Positions 9,929-18,750 of a stretch of 32,174 nucleotides of DNA are shown piece after piece. Made by a program: the position numbers and the translations under genes. Source of the DNA: a virus (lineage: Duplodnaviria; Caudoviricetes); the IMG/VR virus record IMGVR_UViG_3300031949_001619, positions 1-32,174 of that record. One strand, written 5' to 3'. Below the pieces are notes generated by a model, which was not told the DNA's origin, searched no databases, and saw nothing but the letters and a program-made list of their open reading frames with translations. The stretch's first letter is position 1, and each line of letters opens with the position of its first letter.

Positions 9929-10958
9929 ACTTATAATCGAAGAGGCAAAATACTTCACAAGACATTATTCAAAAGATATAACAAAAATTATTGCAAATCT
10001 TGTTAATGATAATGGATTGAGCATTATGGCTTCAAATGATATTGCAGGTGATCCCCATATCGGTGTAATAAAAATGTTATATATACGCTATACACTTAAT
10101 GGAGTTCAAGATACTAAACTTGTTTATGAAGGTAACAGAGTTGAAATATATGAGAAAAAGCCTGCCACAACTCCACAGCAATGTACATATTTTACGGATA
10201 TAATCATTCCTTCATATAATAACGATGAACTTACAGCTAATTGTTTTAAGAGCATCAAACAACATACAAAAGAAGGAGCATATCGAATTATTTGGATAGA
10301 TAATGGTTCTAAAGATATGTCTTTACCAATGAAACAACTTATCGGAGTAAATCGAATTTGTGTACATTTTCCTACAAATAAAGGTTTTGTAGGCGCTGTA
10401 AATGAAGGTTTAAGATTGTCTGATGCTCCATCAGTTTGTTTGCTTAATAATGACACTGTTGTTACTTCGGAATGGCTTGAGAAATTAAATAAAATACTTT
10501 ATGCAAACAAAAAGCTCGGGATTGTCGGACCATTGACTGGCTATGGAAAAGATAATGGCATGGATTCTCATCATAGCCTATCTCTTCATTCTAAATTATT
10601 ACCTGCAGATGCTCATAATTGGGATTTTAATAGGCTTAATAAAGAACTCGAAATGCGATATTCCGGCAGAACATATAATATAGATTTTGTGGCGTTTTTA
10701 TGCGCTGTTATGAAGCGTGAAGTTATAGACAAAGTTGGATTGCTGGACATTAACTATGCTATGGGGATGTGGGATGATTGCGATTATAACAGATCAGCGC
10801 AGAAAGCTGGTTATGACATAGCTCTGGCAATTGATACCTGTATATATCATCGTGGACGCTCTACATTTAATGTTGTAGAAAAAGAAGAAGGACTTGATGT
10901 AGAAAGATTGTTGAGGGAAAATAAAGCATATCTCGATAAGAAATGGAGGAGGAACTAA
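9918..10958 (+). CDS. GT2 glycosyltransferase with small N-terminal lectin-like domain
   Basis: IIIPSYN, WIDNGS, LLNNDT and WDDCDY; N-terminal GDPHIGVIKMLYIRY resembles the GDP-x-x-G-x-x-K-x-L motif of SUEL/DUF3395-like domains. Confidence 0.85.
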   Translation: MKSKLIIEEAKYFTRHYSKDITKIIANLVNDNGLSIMASNDIAGDPHIGVIKMLYIRYTLNGVQDTKLVYEGNRVEIYEKKPATTPQQCTYFTDIIIPSYNNDELTANCFKSIKQHTKEGAYRIIWIDNGSKDMSLPMKQLIGVNRICVHFPTNKGFVGAVNEGLRLSDAPSVCLLNNDTVVTSEWLEKLNKILYANKKLGIVGPLTGYGKDNGMDSHHSLSLHSKLLPADAHNWDFNRLNKELEMRYSGRTYNIDFVAFLCAVMKREVIDKVGLLDINYAMGMWDDCDYNRSAQKAGYDIALAIDTCIYHRGRSTFNVVEKEEGLDVERLLRENKAYLDKKWRRN

Positions 10959-11455
10959 TGTTTGAGGCATTAAAAGAATTCAACAGTATAGTAGTTAGTG
11001 GACCACAGAGATCAGGAACTCGTTTTGTTGCTAAAGTGATTACTCATGATACTGGTAAAATATATATTGATGAAAAGGAAATAAATTTTCACGACTTTAG
11101 ATTACTTGATTGGTATTTGCAACAAGGTAATGTGGTTATTCAGTGTCCTGCATTATGTCATATGTTGCATTATATAACAAATGAGTCAGTATTGGTTATT
11201 GTAGTTCGCAGACCAGTGGAAGAAATTGAAGAGTCCGAAAGAAAAATAGGCTGGCCTGAGATTTCAAGATTTCAAGAATTGTATAAATATGGGTGCAGTG
11301 AGGGTATTATATCCCGAATTAAATATGCTTTTTGGGATAAAGTACAAAAGCCTATTCTTTTAGACAGAGGTAGAGAAATAAATTATCATGATTTAACAAC
11401 TCATGAATTGTTTATAGAAAATCATGAAAGTTTTGAATGGGATCAAACGAAATGA
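10958..11455 (+). CDS. Sulfotransferase-like P-loop protein
   Basis: VSGPQRSGT (5'-PSB-like) and VVRRP..I..S (3'-PB-like); TAATG overlap with the upstream gene. Confidence 0.6.
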   Translation: MFEALKEFNSIVVSGPQRSGTRFVAKVITHDTGKIYIDEKEINFHDFRLLDWYLQQGNVVIQCPALCHMLHYITNESVLVIVVRRPVEEIEESERKIGWPEISRFQELYKYGCSEGIISRIKYAFWDKVQKPILLDRGREINYHDLTTHELFIENHESFEWDQTK

Positions 11456-12660
11456 AAACAGTAATACTTGTTTTATATCCTTATCAAAGTCAGGGTTTAG
11501 ATGCTTGGTTAGATCATGGCGCTGGTATGACTTATAAAGCTGCAAAAGATGCTAATTGCGATATAGATTTTATTGATATGAAGGGACTATCAGACGAAGG
11601 AGAACTACGCAAGAAACTTCAAGGATATGAACTCGTTGCATTTGGATTGAAAAGTTCCTATTATGCGATGGGTATGAAAATAGTTGAAATTGCAAAAGAA
11701 CAGGGCTCTAAAGTTTTGGTTGGGGGTTATCATGTTACAGCGGCCCCACAGGAATTATTAGAAAATCCTGATATTGATTGGGTTTTACACGGAGAGAGTG
11801 AGATCACATTCCCTAAATTTTTAAAAGACCCTTCTGCATTTGAGCGTGAAATATTCGGAGAAAAACCACCTAATCTTGATGATTTGTCTTTCATGGATAG
11901 ATCAATTTATAGAGACCCTTTAGAACCCTGTCAAGGATGGTGGCATGGTGGCAAGCATTCTCGAATGACTACAGTAATGGCAGCAAGAGGATGCGCTTTT
12001 AATTGTGGTTTTTGTCAGCCATTAGAACATAATCATTTTGGAAGAAAAATCAGACGAAGAAGTGTAGATAGTGTAATTGCAGAACTTCTTGAATTAAAAG
12101 AAAGGTACAATCCAGATTGTGTAATGATACATGATGATACTTTTTTATTTCAACCAAAATGGATTGAAGAGTTTATTGAAAAATATCCTAAAGTGGGTTT
12201 GCCATTTTGGGCCTCTGGCAGGGCCGATGGAATATGTCATCATCCAGAGTTAGTAAGGAAACTTGTTGATATTGGCTGGGAACTTATTTCAGTTGGTTTT
12301 GAATCAGGAAGTCAAGAGATGCTTGATTTAATGAAAAAAGGCACTACTGTTAAGCAAAACTTAGAAGCAGCAAAGATAATTAAATCATATGGCGCAAAAA
12401 TATATGCTAATTATATGATTGGACTTCCCTGGGAAACAAAAGAGGACATGATAGCTACAGTTGATATGGCAAAAACAATTGATGCTGAAATGCCTTCATG
12501 GGCATTCTTTGCTCCATATCCCGGAAGTGAACTTGGAGAACTTTGTATTGAGCAGGGATTATCTTTATTAGACCGCAACAATTACGATCGTTGCCCAAGT
12601 GGGATTAAGTGCAAAAATGTTGATTATGCTTTTATAAATAAAATACTTGGAAGAAATTAA
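11452..12660 (+). CDS. Cobalamin-binding radical SAM protein (class B methyltransferase-like)
   Basis: VLVGGYHVT and GESE B12-binding region; RGCAFNCGFC CxxxCxxC; GFESGS; GLPWET; PYPGS. Confidence 0.92.
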   Translation: MKTVILVLYPYQSQGLDAWLDHGAGMTYKAAKDANCDIDFIDMKGLSDEGELRKKLQGYELVAFGLKSSYYAMGMKIVEIAKEQGSKVLVGGYHVTAAPQELLENPDIDWVLHGESEITFPKFLKDPSAFEREIFGEKPPNLDDLSFMDRSIYRDPLEPCQGWWHGGKHSRMTTVMAARGCAFNCGFCQPLEHNHFGRKIRRRSVDSVIAELLELKERYNPDCVMIHDDTFLFQPKWIEEFIEKYPKVGLPFWASGRADGICHHPELVRKLVDIGWELISVGFESGSQEMLDLMKKGTTVKQNLEAAKIIKSYGAKIYANYMIGLPWETKEDMIATVDMAKTIDAEMPSWAFFAPYPGSELGELCIEQGLSLLDRNNYDRCPSGIKCKNVDYAFINKILGRN

Positions 12661-12672
12661 TTTTAGAGATAA

Positions 12673-13740
12673 ATGAAAATATTTTATGCGCCGTCAGGGA
12701 TTGAAGGCTCTTATTTTTATAGGCATTACCTGCCTGCAAAATACATGCAGGGCCTTCATCAGGTGCATATAAAACACCGCGCCTCGTATCAGGATTTCAG
12801 GGATTATGACCTTATCATCCTGCAGAGCCAGTGGAACCTGAGCCAGAAGGGAAATATTCAGGCGCTGCAGGCTCAGGGCAAAAAGGTTGTTTTTGAGATA
12901 GACGACAACATCTGGGAAATCCCTCATGGCAACGAAAGCAGAAACTATTGGACCCCTGACAAGCTCAAGGACATCAAGGAGATGTTTACTATCTGCGATG
13001 CGATAATCACCACCACAAAACCCCTTGCAGATATCCTCCGACAATTTAATTCAGAGGTTTATGTGATTCCGAATTACATAGAAGAAGGCACTGAGGCATC
13101 AGGCACAAAGGCACTAAGTAGTCTTTCCTCAGTGCCTTCTTCAGCCGTGCCTATCCGAATCGGCTATGCCGGCAGCATGTCTCATGCCCCGGATTTTACT
13201 CCTGAAATTATCAGCGCGCTAAAGGACATAAAAGTAAAATATGGTAAAAAAGTGCAGTTAATTTTCCTGGGCTATATGCCTGACGCATTACGCAGTGCGC
13301 AGTGCGATATAGAATATCACGATTATGTCCAGCCCCTGCAATATATGGAAACTTTAAATAATCTGTATCTTGATATTGGCATTATCCCATGTGAGATTAA
13401 TAAATTTAATCACTGCAAGAGCAACCTCAAATTTCTTGAGTATTCGATGGCAGGCATTGCGACAATAGCATCGCCAGTGCAGCCGTATCTTTCTGTAGAA
13501 AGGCACAGTCTACGACCCATGGGAGGCACAGAGGCACAGAGGCACATAGACATCACTCAAGATAACTCATACGATTCATGGTTTCACAGCCTCAGCGTAC
13601 TCATTGATAAAGAAAAATTAAGGGCAGATATTGCCATGTATGCAAATGCCTTTGTAAAAAATTATCTCATCAAAAATAAAATCAGCGAAATAGATAAGGT
13701 GTATAATCAGATAGTCAGAAAAAAAGGAATGAGGGTGTGA
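12673..13740 (+). CDS. GT-B fold (GT4-like) glycosyltransferase
   Basis: FEIDDNIW, IGYAGS.SH and FNHCKSNLKFLEYSMAGIATIAS motifs. Confidence 0.85.
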   Translation: MKIFYAPSGIEGSYFYRHYLPAKYMQGLHQVHIKHRASYQDFRDYDLIILQSQWNLSQKGNIQALQAQGKKVVFEIDDNIWEIPHGNESRNYWTPDKLKDIKEMFTICDAIITTTKPLADILRQFNSEVYVIPNYIEEGTEASGTKALSSLSSVPSSAVPIRIGYAGSMSHAPDFTPEIISALKDIKVKYGKKVQLIFLGYMPDALRSAQCDIEYHDYVQPLQYMETLNNLYLDIGIIPCEINKFNHCKSNLKFLEYSMAGIATIASPVQPYLSVERHSLRPMGGTEAQRHIDITQDNSYDSWFHSLSVLIDKEKLRADIAMYANAFVKNYLIKNKISEIDKVYNQIVRKKGMRV

Positions 13741-14357
13741 AAATTAAAAAAATACCAATCACAGACTTAAAACCCGCTAACTACAACCCTCGCAAGATCA
13801 CAGATGAACAGTTAGAGCGACTCAAAAAATCCTTACAGGAATTCGGCGACCTTTCAGGCATAGTCTTCAACCGCAGGACAGGCAACCTTGTCGGCGGACA
13901 TCAAAGAATCAAATGCCTGCCACCTGATGTAAAGATAGAAAAGAAAGAACTGAAAGAAAAATCCAAGACAGGCACAAAGGCACAGGGCTTTATTATTTTT
14001 GATGGTGGTGAAAAACATACATACCGAGAAGTTGATTGGGACGAGGCAACAGAGAAAATGGCGAACATCGCAGCTAATAAACACGGCGGAGAATGGGATA
14101 AGGAAAAGCTCTGGGAATTATTAAAAGAACTCTCTGAAATGCCTAACTTTGACTTTGGCCTTATAGGTTTTGATGATTCTGAATTGGAAAATTTTTTAAA
14201 TCAAGAAATATTAGAAGAAAAAATTGAAGAATTAAAACCCTACTTGATGTCGCATATACTTTTAAGCTTTCCACCTGAGAAATTAATGGATATCGCTCCG
14301 CATCTTGAGAAGATATTTGATATTGAGGGGGTAGAGCATGAGCAATCATCGAACTGA
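13737..14357 (+). CDS. ParB/Sulfiredoxin-like N-terminal domain protein
   Basis: LKPANYNPR, SLQEFG, LVGGHQR and ANK..GEWD, typical of phage ParB-N proteins. Confidence 0.85.
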   Translation: MKIKKIPITDLKPANYNPRKITDEQLERLKKSLQEFGDLSGIVFNRRTGNLVGGHQRIKCLPPDVKIEKKELKEKSKTGTKAQGFIIFDGGEKHTYREVDWDEATEKMANIAANKHGGEWDKEKLWELLKELSEMPNFDFGLIGFDDSELENFLNQEILEEKIEELKPYLMSHILLSFPPEKLMDIAPHLEKIFDIEGVEHEQSSN

Positions 14358-14901
14358 TAATTCTTTTTTGTGGGACAAAATAGCCCTCAGGTTGAATCAC
14401 ATTCCGCACAAGCCATTGCTTACTGTGCTTGACGCCTTTGGCGGTGACGATGTGATATGGAATAAAATCAAGGAACGGTATGACGGTGAGATAAACATTT
14501 TGCGATGCGACCAGAAAGCTGATAAAAAAGGCGCATATCTGCGGGGCAACAACGTGAAGTTTCTGCGGGCAATGGACCTTTCCCGTTTTGATGTAATTGA
14601 CCTTGATGCATATGGATATCCTTATGCTCAACTTAAGGAAATCTTCAAATGGCATCACCGGCGCAGGCTGGAGGCAATGGTTTTTGTGACCGCGATACAG
14701 GTAAGTTTCAATGCATTGCCTTATGGGATGTTGGAAGAGCTTGGATACCCAAAGGCGATGATAAGGAAGATTCCAACATTGTTCGCCGGCAATGGAATAG
14801 AGAAGATGAGACGATATTTAGCCCTGCACGGTGTGCACAAGATAAACAGGAGGAGCAGCGACAGAAAACATTATTTTTGCTTTGAGCTAAAAAAGACTTG
14901 A
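14338..14901 (+). CDS. SAM-dependent methyltransferase-fold protein
   Basis: VLDAFGG (motif I-like) and FDVIDLDAYGYP (DPYG-like motif IV). Confidence 0.6.
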   Translation: MSNHRTDNSFLWDKIALRLNHIPHKPLLTVLDAFGGDDVIWNKIKERYDGEINILRCDQKADKKGAYLRGNNVKFLRAMDLSRFDVIDLDAYGYPYAQLKEIFKWHHRRRLEAMVFVTAIQVSFNALPYGMLEELGYPKAMIRKIPTLFAGNGIEKMRRYLALHGVHKINRRSSDRKHYFCFELKKT

Positions 14902-14927
14902 CATTATAGGCAGTGTCATGATAGAAT
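14898..14927 (+). promoter_or_regulatory. Sigma70-type promoter with internal TGACA-N10-TGTCA dyad
   Basis: TTGACA-18 nt-TAGAAT with extended -10 TG; SD AAGGAGG downstream. Confidence 0.7.
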
Positions 14928-14955
14928 AATATTATCAAATAAAAGGAGGTGTTAT

Positions 14956-15678
14956 ATGTCAATCATCTATGAGCCGCGCGGGAAGGCGCGAGAGTATTGC
15001 GAATTGGCAGTAAACCTGTATCATGGATGCGATCACGGCTGTAAATATTGTTACGCGCCTGCGGCGACATATAAGACCCGCGAGGAATTCCTCAATGTCC
15101 GCCACAGGCCCGGCATCATCGAACAGATCAGGAAAGAAGCGCCGGCTCACAATGGCCGAGAGGTATTGCTCTGTTTCACCTGTGACCCGTATTCGGGCTT
15201 TGCCGCAGGTACCGGGACCACTCGCAAGGCGATTGAGGCTTTGCATGATGGCGGGGTCAACGTTGCGATTCTGACAAAGGGCGGGGAAAGAAGCGTGAAA
15301 GATTTCGCTTTTTTGAAAGCCTCGGATAAATATGGAGCGACTCTCACGTTTCTCAGTGATGCCGACTCGAAGGAATGGGAGCCAGGAGCTGCGTTGCCAG
15401 TCGAACGGATCGCGGCGCTGAAACAGGCAAAGGCAAGCGGCATTACCACATGGGCCAGTTTCGAGCCTGTAATTGATCCTGAGCAAACATTGAAATTGAT
15501 CGAGATGACATTTCGTATAGTTGATATTTATAAGATCGGAAAATGGAATCACGATGTAAGAGCGAAAGAGATAGATTGGAGAGCTTTTGCAGAGCGGGCA
15601 AAATCTCTGCTGGAAAGCATGGGCGTGAAATATATGCTCAAAAAAGACCTTGCTGCATATCTGGATGAAGCTGCATGA
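14956..15678 (+). CDS. Radical SAM protein, spore-photoproduct-lyase-like family
   Basis: NLYHGCDHGCKYCYA, TCDPY, ILTKG, WEPGA...ERI and SFEP. Confidence 0.85.
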   Translation: MSIIYEPRGKAREYCELAVNLYHGCDHGCKYCYAPAATYKTREEFLNVRHRPGIIEQIRKEAPAHNGREVLLCFTCDPYSGFAAGTGTTRKAIEALHDGGVNVAILTKGGERSVKDFAFLKASDKYGATLTFLSDADSKEWEPGAALPVERIAALKQAKASGITTWASFEPVIDPEQTLKLIEMTFRIVDIYKIGKWNHDVRAKEIDWRAFAERAKSLLESMGVKYMLKKDLAAYLDEAA

Positions 15679-15866
15679 AAAAAATATCCGGGAAACAACA
15701 AGGGGCGCGGATGACTCTCCGATTGCCCTCCTCTCTTCAAGAGGCGCTCAAAATAACCGCAGCAGCAGAGGGTTTGCCCCTCAACACCTATTGCCTTTAT
15801 ATTTTGAGCCGCCATGATATTTATAAGGCTAATAAGCCTATAAAAAGAATTAATAAACTAAAATAA
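15675..15866 (+). CDS. Ribbon-helix-helix (HicB C-terminal/Arc-like) DNA-binding protein
   Basis: MTLRLPSSLQEALKITAAAEGLPLNTY pattern; ATGA overlap with the upstream gene. Confidence 0.75.
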   Translation: MKKISGKQQGARMTLRLPSSLQEALKITAAAEGLPLNTYCLYILSRHDIYKANKPIKRINKLK

Positions 15867-15875
15867 AAAAAAGAC

Positions 15876-15904
15876 TTGACATTATAGCTGATGTCTGATA
15901 TAAT
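15876..15904 (+). promoter_or_regulatory. Consensus sigma70 promoter
   Basis: TTGACA-17 nt-TATAAT with extended -10 TG and an A-tract upstream. Confidence 0.85.
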
Positions 15905-16036
15905 ATAATCAAGAGTAAGGGATGGTTTCCGTCCCGCAAAAGCCGCCTCCTCGGCGGGGTAAAAAATGAGGACGGTCTCCCGACCGAGGCGCAACCCACA
16001 GGGCGCCAAGGGGTGGGAGAAAGGAGGAGGAAGATA

Positions 16037-17053
16037 ATGACAACAGCAACCGCAACAAAAAAGACCCTGCAGTATCAGAAGTATTTCAGCCGTTACGGGA
16101 TCGAGAGGGGCGCGACATATGTGAGGGCAGATTTTACCGCCCGCCTCAAATACGATGCTCTTAAACTCCAGTCATCAGTCCCCGGCGCATACTTTGCGCA
16201 ATCAGGCCTCAGGCATGAGTATACCCTCATCAATAGAGAGATAGAGACTCTAACTACCGGCGATAAGCAGAGTGACCGCCTAAACAGCAAATCTGAGGTA
16301 AAAAGGCGTAAATTTGTTGCCGCCCACATCCGCACTTGCCGCAAACTCCAGCGGGCGCTTAAGGCTGTAACCCCGGCTGTTATTGCAAAAGTCGCCGACC
16401 TCCAGAAACGCCATGCCGAGATCATCAAGGAGATCCGTAAAATCAATTCCGAGGCGCTGACAACTCACAAAAAAGCCGCCTCCGCCGCCCGCGAGGCAGA
16501 GAAGCAGGCGCTCACAGACGGCCGCTTTTGGGAGTGCTCAGAAAACACATTGAAAAATTACTTCAACGTACCTTTTGATCGCCGTAAGCTGCTGGATGTT
16601 TCCGAGCAGTTTCGCGCTGCCTTATTTGTGGAGCTGGAATACGGCGGTTACGGGACTGGGATTGTGCCGACCCACCGCGCCTATCTCTGCGGCATTGACG
16701 ATAACGGCGAGGAGTGGGGTTTCCGCCTGGAGGCGAGTTGGGATTATAACGATAAAGTCGCGGATGCGATGGCAGTACTATGGGAGGTCCCAAAAACTAT
16801 CATCGAGAAAAGTTTCCGCCAGGGCGAGATAATCTTCTGGCCCGACCAATTCCCGGTAGGCATCACCATGCAGCCTGCTGAAGACTGGCAGATCGCCCCA
16901 TCACACGTGATAACTTCTCCGTCATTGAGACGGAGCAGGGTATCATACATATACTCCGATGACCCGATCACAGTGACCCATCCGACCCATAAGCCGTTAA
17001 TTCTCCCTGCCGGAGAATACAGATTTGCAATCCACGAGGCAGACGCGGATTAA
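16037..17053 (+). CDS. Hypothetical protein with His-containing C-terminal domain
   Basis: Strong SD AGGAGGAGG; basic helical N-terminal half; C-terminal RQGE...SH...THPTH..L.LP.GEY motif. Confidence 0.75.
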   Translation: MTTATATKKTLQYQKYFSRYGIERGATYVRADFTARLKYDALKLQSSVPGAYFAQSGLRHEYTLINREIETLTTGDKQSDRLNSKSEVKRRKFVAAHIRTCRKLQRALKAVTPAVIAKVADLQKRHAEIIKEIRKINSEALTTHKKAASAAREAEKQALTDGRFWECSENTLKNYFNVPFDRRKLLDVSEQFRAALFVELEYGGYGTGIVPTHRAYLCGIDDNGEEWGFRLEASWDYNDKVADAMAVLWEVPKTIIEKSFRQGEIIFWPDQFPVGITMQPAEDWQIAPSHVITSPSLRRSRVSYIYSDDPITVTHPTHKPLILPAGEYRFAIHEADAD

Positions 17054-17066
17054 CATCACAACACAC

Positions 17067-17097
17067 AAGGGCGGCATAGTCCGCCCTTATTTTTTTT
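17067..17097 (+). terminator. Intrinsic terminator
   Basis: AAGGGCGG-catagt-CCGCCCTT stem followed by a T8 tract. Confidence 0.8.
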
Positions 17098-17109
17098 AAA
17101 GGAGGACAT

Positions 17110-17595
17110 ATGCAAATCCTAACCGTCATCACCCAGGCCTGCGACATGGCCCGGCGTAAATTCACCCGGGGCGAGCAGTCCATGCTGATCGATATTTTTA
17201 ATGGCACTGCCCTGACCCCCGGCATTATCGGGCAGCACCTGACCGCGCAGGTAGAAGACAGCTTCCGCCTCTACCCCGGAACCTACGAAGATAAATGGGG
17301 CGTGACCGAAAAAGAGATGATGGAGAAGATCAACTCCCTCGATCCGCTGAACGCAATATTCATGGAACTGTGGGCAATAGGCTTCTGGGCAGTCAACACC
17401 AGCGAGGCTGGACAATTGGAGGATTACTTATCAGGGGAACTCAATTTAAATAGCCGTATCGAGGATATTATTATACAGTTACATGCCGTCTGCGATAGAC
17501 TGGAGCAGACTAAGAGCGCATTTAAAAGCGCTTCTATAGCCGAAGCCCGCACCGCAGTAGAAAAAGCCGCTGACACCCTCCGCCTTATACTGTAA
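17110..17595 (+). CDS. Hypothetical protein
   Basis: 161-aa ORF with SD AAGGAGG; no function recognised. Confidence 0.75.
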   Translation: MQILTVITQACDMARRKFTRGEQSMLIDIFNGTALTPGIIGQHLTAQVEDSFRLYPGTYEDKWGVTEKEMMEKINSLDPLNAIFMELWAIGFWAVNTSEAGQLEDYLSGELNLNSRIEDIIIQLHAVCDRLEQTKSAFKSASIAEARTAVEKAADTLRLIL

Positions 17596-17616
17596 TTTTT
17601 TTCAGAAATCTCCTCT

Positions 17617-17649
17617 AACCCCTCTTTGTCAAAGAGGGGTTTTCTTTTA
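17617..17649 (+). terminator. Hairpin/terminator related to the CCCCTCT..AGAGGGG repeat family
   Basis: AACCCCTCTTT-gtc-AAAGAGGGGTT followed by a T-rich tail. Confidence 0.65.
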
Positions 17650-17667
17650 TGCGAAGCATCCTTTGGA

Positions 17668-17718
17668 CTGGATTCTCTACGAGTCGTAGACCCGATTATT
17701 ACCTTAGCGGGAATGACA
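17668..17718. repeat. Right arm of GTCATTCCCGC/GCGGGAATGAC REP/MITE-like element with nested palindrome
   Basis: CTGGATTC[TCTACGAGTCGTAGA]CCCGATTA...GCGGGAATGACA; related to 23506-23594. Confidence 0.6.
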
Positions 17719-17769
17719 AAAAGTAAATCTGCGTCCATCTGCATAAATTTACGGCTAATTTTCTTCCCC

Positions 17770-17811
17770 CTGCCAGAACATGAAACGTTTTTTTGTTATA
17801 TGTAATACATG
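17770..17811 (+). promoter_or_regulatory. Putative phage late promoter, copy 1
   Basis: CTGCCAGAACATGAAAC-N8-GTTATA.GTA.T.CATG; same motif and spacing at 23076-23117. Confidence 0.65.
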
Positions 17812-18750
17812 GCAGGCGAAGAACGTGAAGAACGGATAAAACTACTAAAACAGAAACTTACCCTCATAGAAGTCAGTTTGACTAATGCGACTAATGCTCT
17901 TAAATCCGGCAAGGTCGTTTCCGGCACGCTGATTGAAGAACTTATATCCTCAAGGGATGCACTGAAAAAACAAATCGCCCGGCTTGAAGCCGGAGAAGAA
18001 GATAACGCCCCCGAACCCCCTCTTAAATTAAGAGGGGGAGACGAAGGCGGGGGAGTTAACGAAATAGGCATCCCTGAATCGCTTTGTTTTAAGCGCTCTT
18101 ACACTATGTCTGACGCCGCGTTTGCCGCCCGGCGCCGGAATACTAAAAAATCCACAGGGCCCCGCACAAAAGAAGGCAAAAATAAATGTAAGCTCAACGC
18201 CTGGAAACACGGCAAGTATGCGCAAAATTATATTCTGCATAAAATCAAACCCTGCCTGTCCTCCTGCTCCCATTATCCATGCGAGCTCGTTAAAGACGGT
18301 TCAACTGAGCCTGGCGGCCAATGCCTTGATAAGTCAGCGGTCATTCAATATTATGCGGCAATTTGCGAGGCTGTGAAGAACAAAAAATATGATGACTTTA
18401 ACGAGCTCGCAGCCTTCACACTTGCAGAGCAAATACACGTAGTGCGGACTTTGATGGAGGATATCCAGCGTGACGGCACAATGCTGAAACGTTACAAATA
18501 TGACAAAGACGGCAATAAATTAGATTATGAAGTCGTTCCGCATCCATCGCTCCTGTCTCTTGCAAAACTCATTGACAGCCTAAACCTTACCCCTGCTGAG
18601 ATGATGATTACGCCCTTGGCGCTTGCAAAGCAGAAGACCGACAATAAAAAAGCAAAGGCCTTATCTGTTTTGATGAGCGGTTTCGGACTTGGAGAATCTC
18701 CTGAAGAAGATGAGGAAGTAGAAATCGGCAAAGGGGAGGATGAAGATTGA
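17809..18750 (+). CDS. Putative terminase small subunit
   Basis: Directly upstream of and overlapping TerL; STGPRTKEGK...NAWKHG motif; HP.L..L...LNLTP C-terminal motif. Confidence 0.65.
   Translation: MAGEEREERIKLLKQKLTLIEVSLTNATNALKSGKVVSGTLIEELISSRDALKKQIARLEAGEEDNAPEPPLKLRGGDEGGGVNEIGIPESLCFKRSYTMSDAAFAARRRNTKKSTGPRTKEGKNKCKLNAWKHGKYAQNYILHKIKPCLSSCSHYPCELVKDGSTEPGGQCLDKSAVIQYYAAICEAVKNKKYDDFNELAAFTLAEQIHVVRTLMEDIQRDGTMLKRYKYDKDGNKLDYEVVPHPSLLSLAKLIDSLNLTPAEMMITPLALAKQKTDNKKAKALSVLMSGFGLGESPEEDEEVEIGKGEDED
18003..18059. repeat. Palindromic element inserted in frame in TerS
   Basis: TAACGCCCC..AACCCCCTCTTAAATTAAGAGGGGG..GGGGGAGTTAA; near-identical copy at 22337-22387. Confidence 0.9.

Noticed and set aside
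15675-15866. HicAB toxin-antitoxin system
   Set aside because: Only an RHH domain; no HicA toxin next to it.
15910-15965. c-di-GMP-I riboswitch or HDV-like ribozyme
   Set aside because: GCAAAAGCC..GCGGGGT and GCCTCCTC resemble fragments, but there is no GNRA tetraloop/receptor and no P1/P2 pairing for an HDV fold; kept only as an unassigned structured leader.
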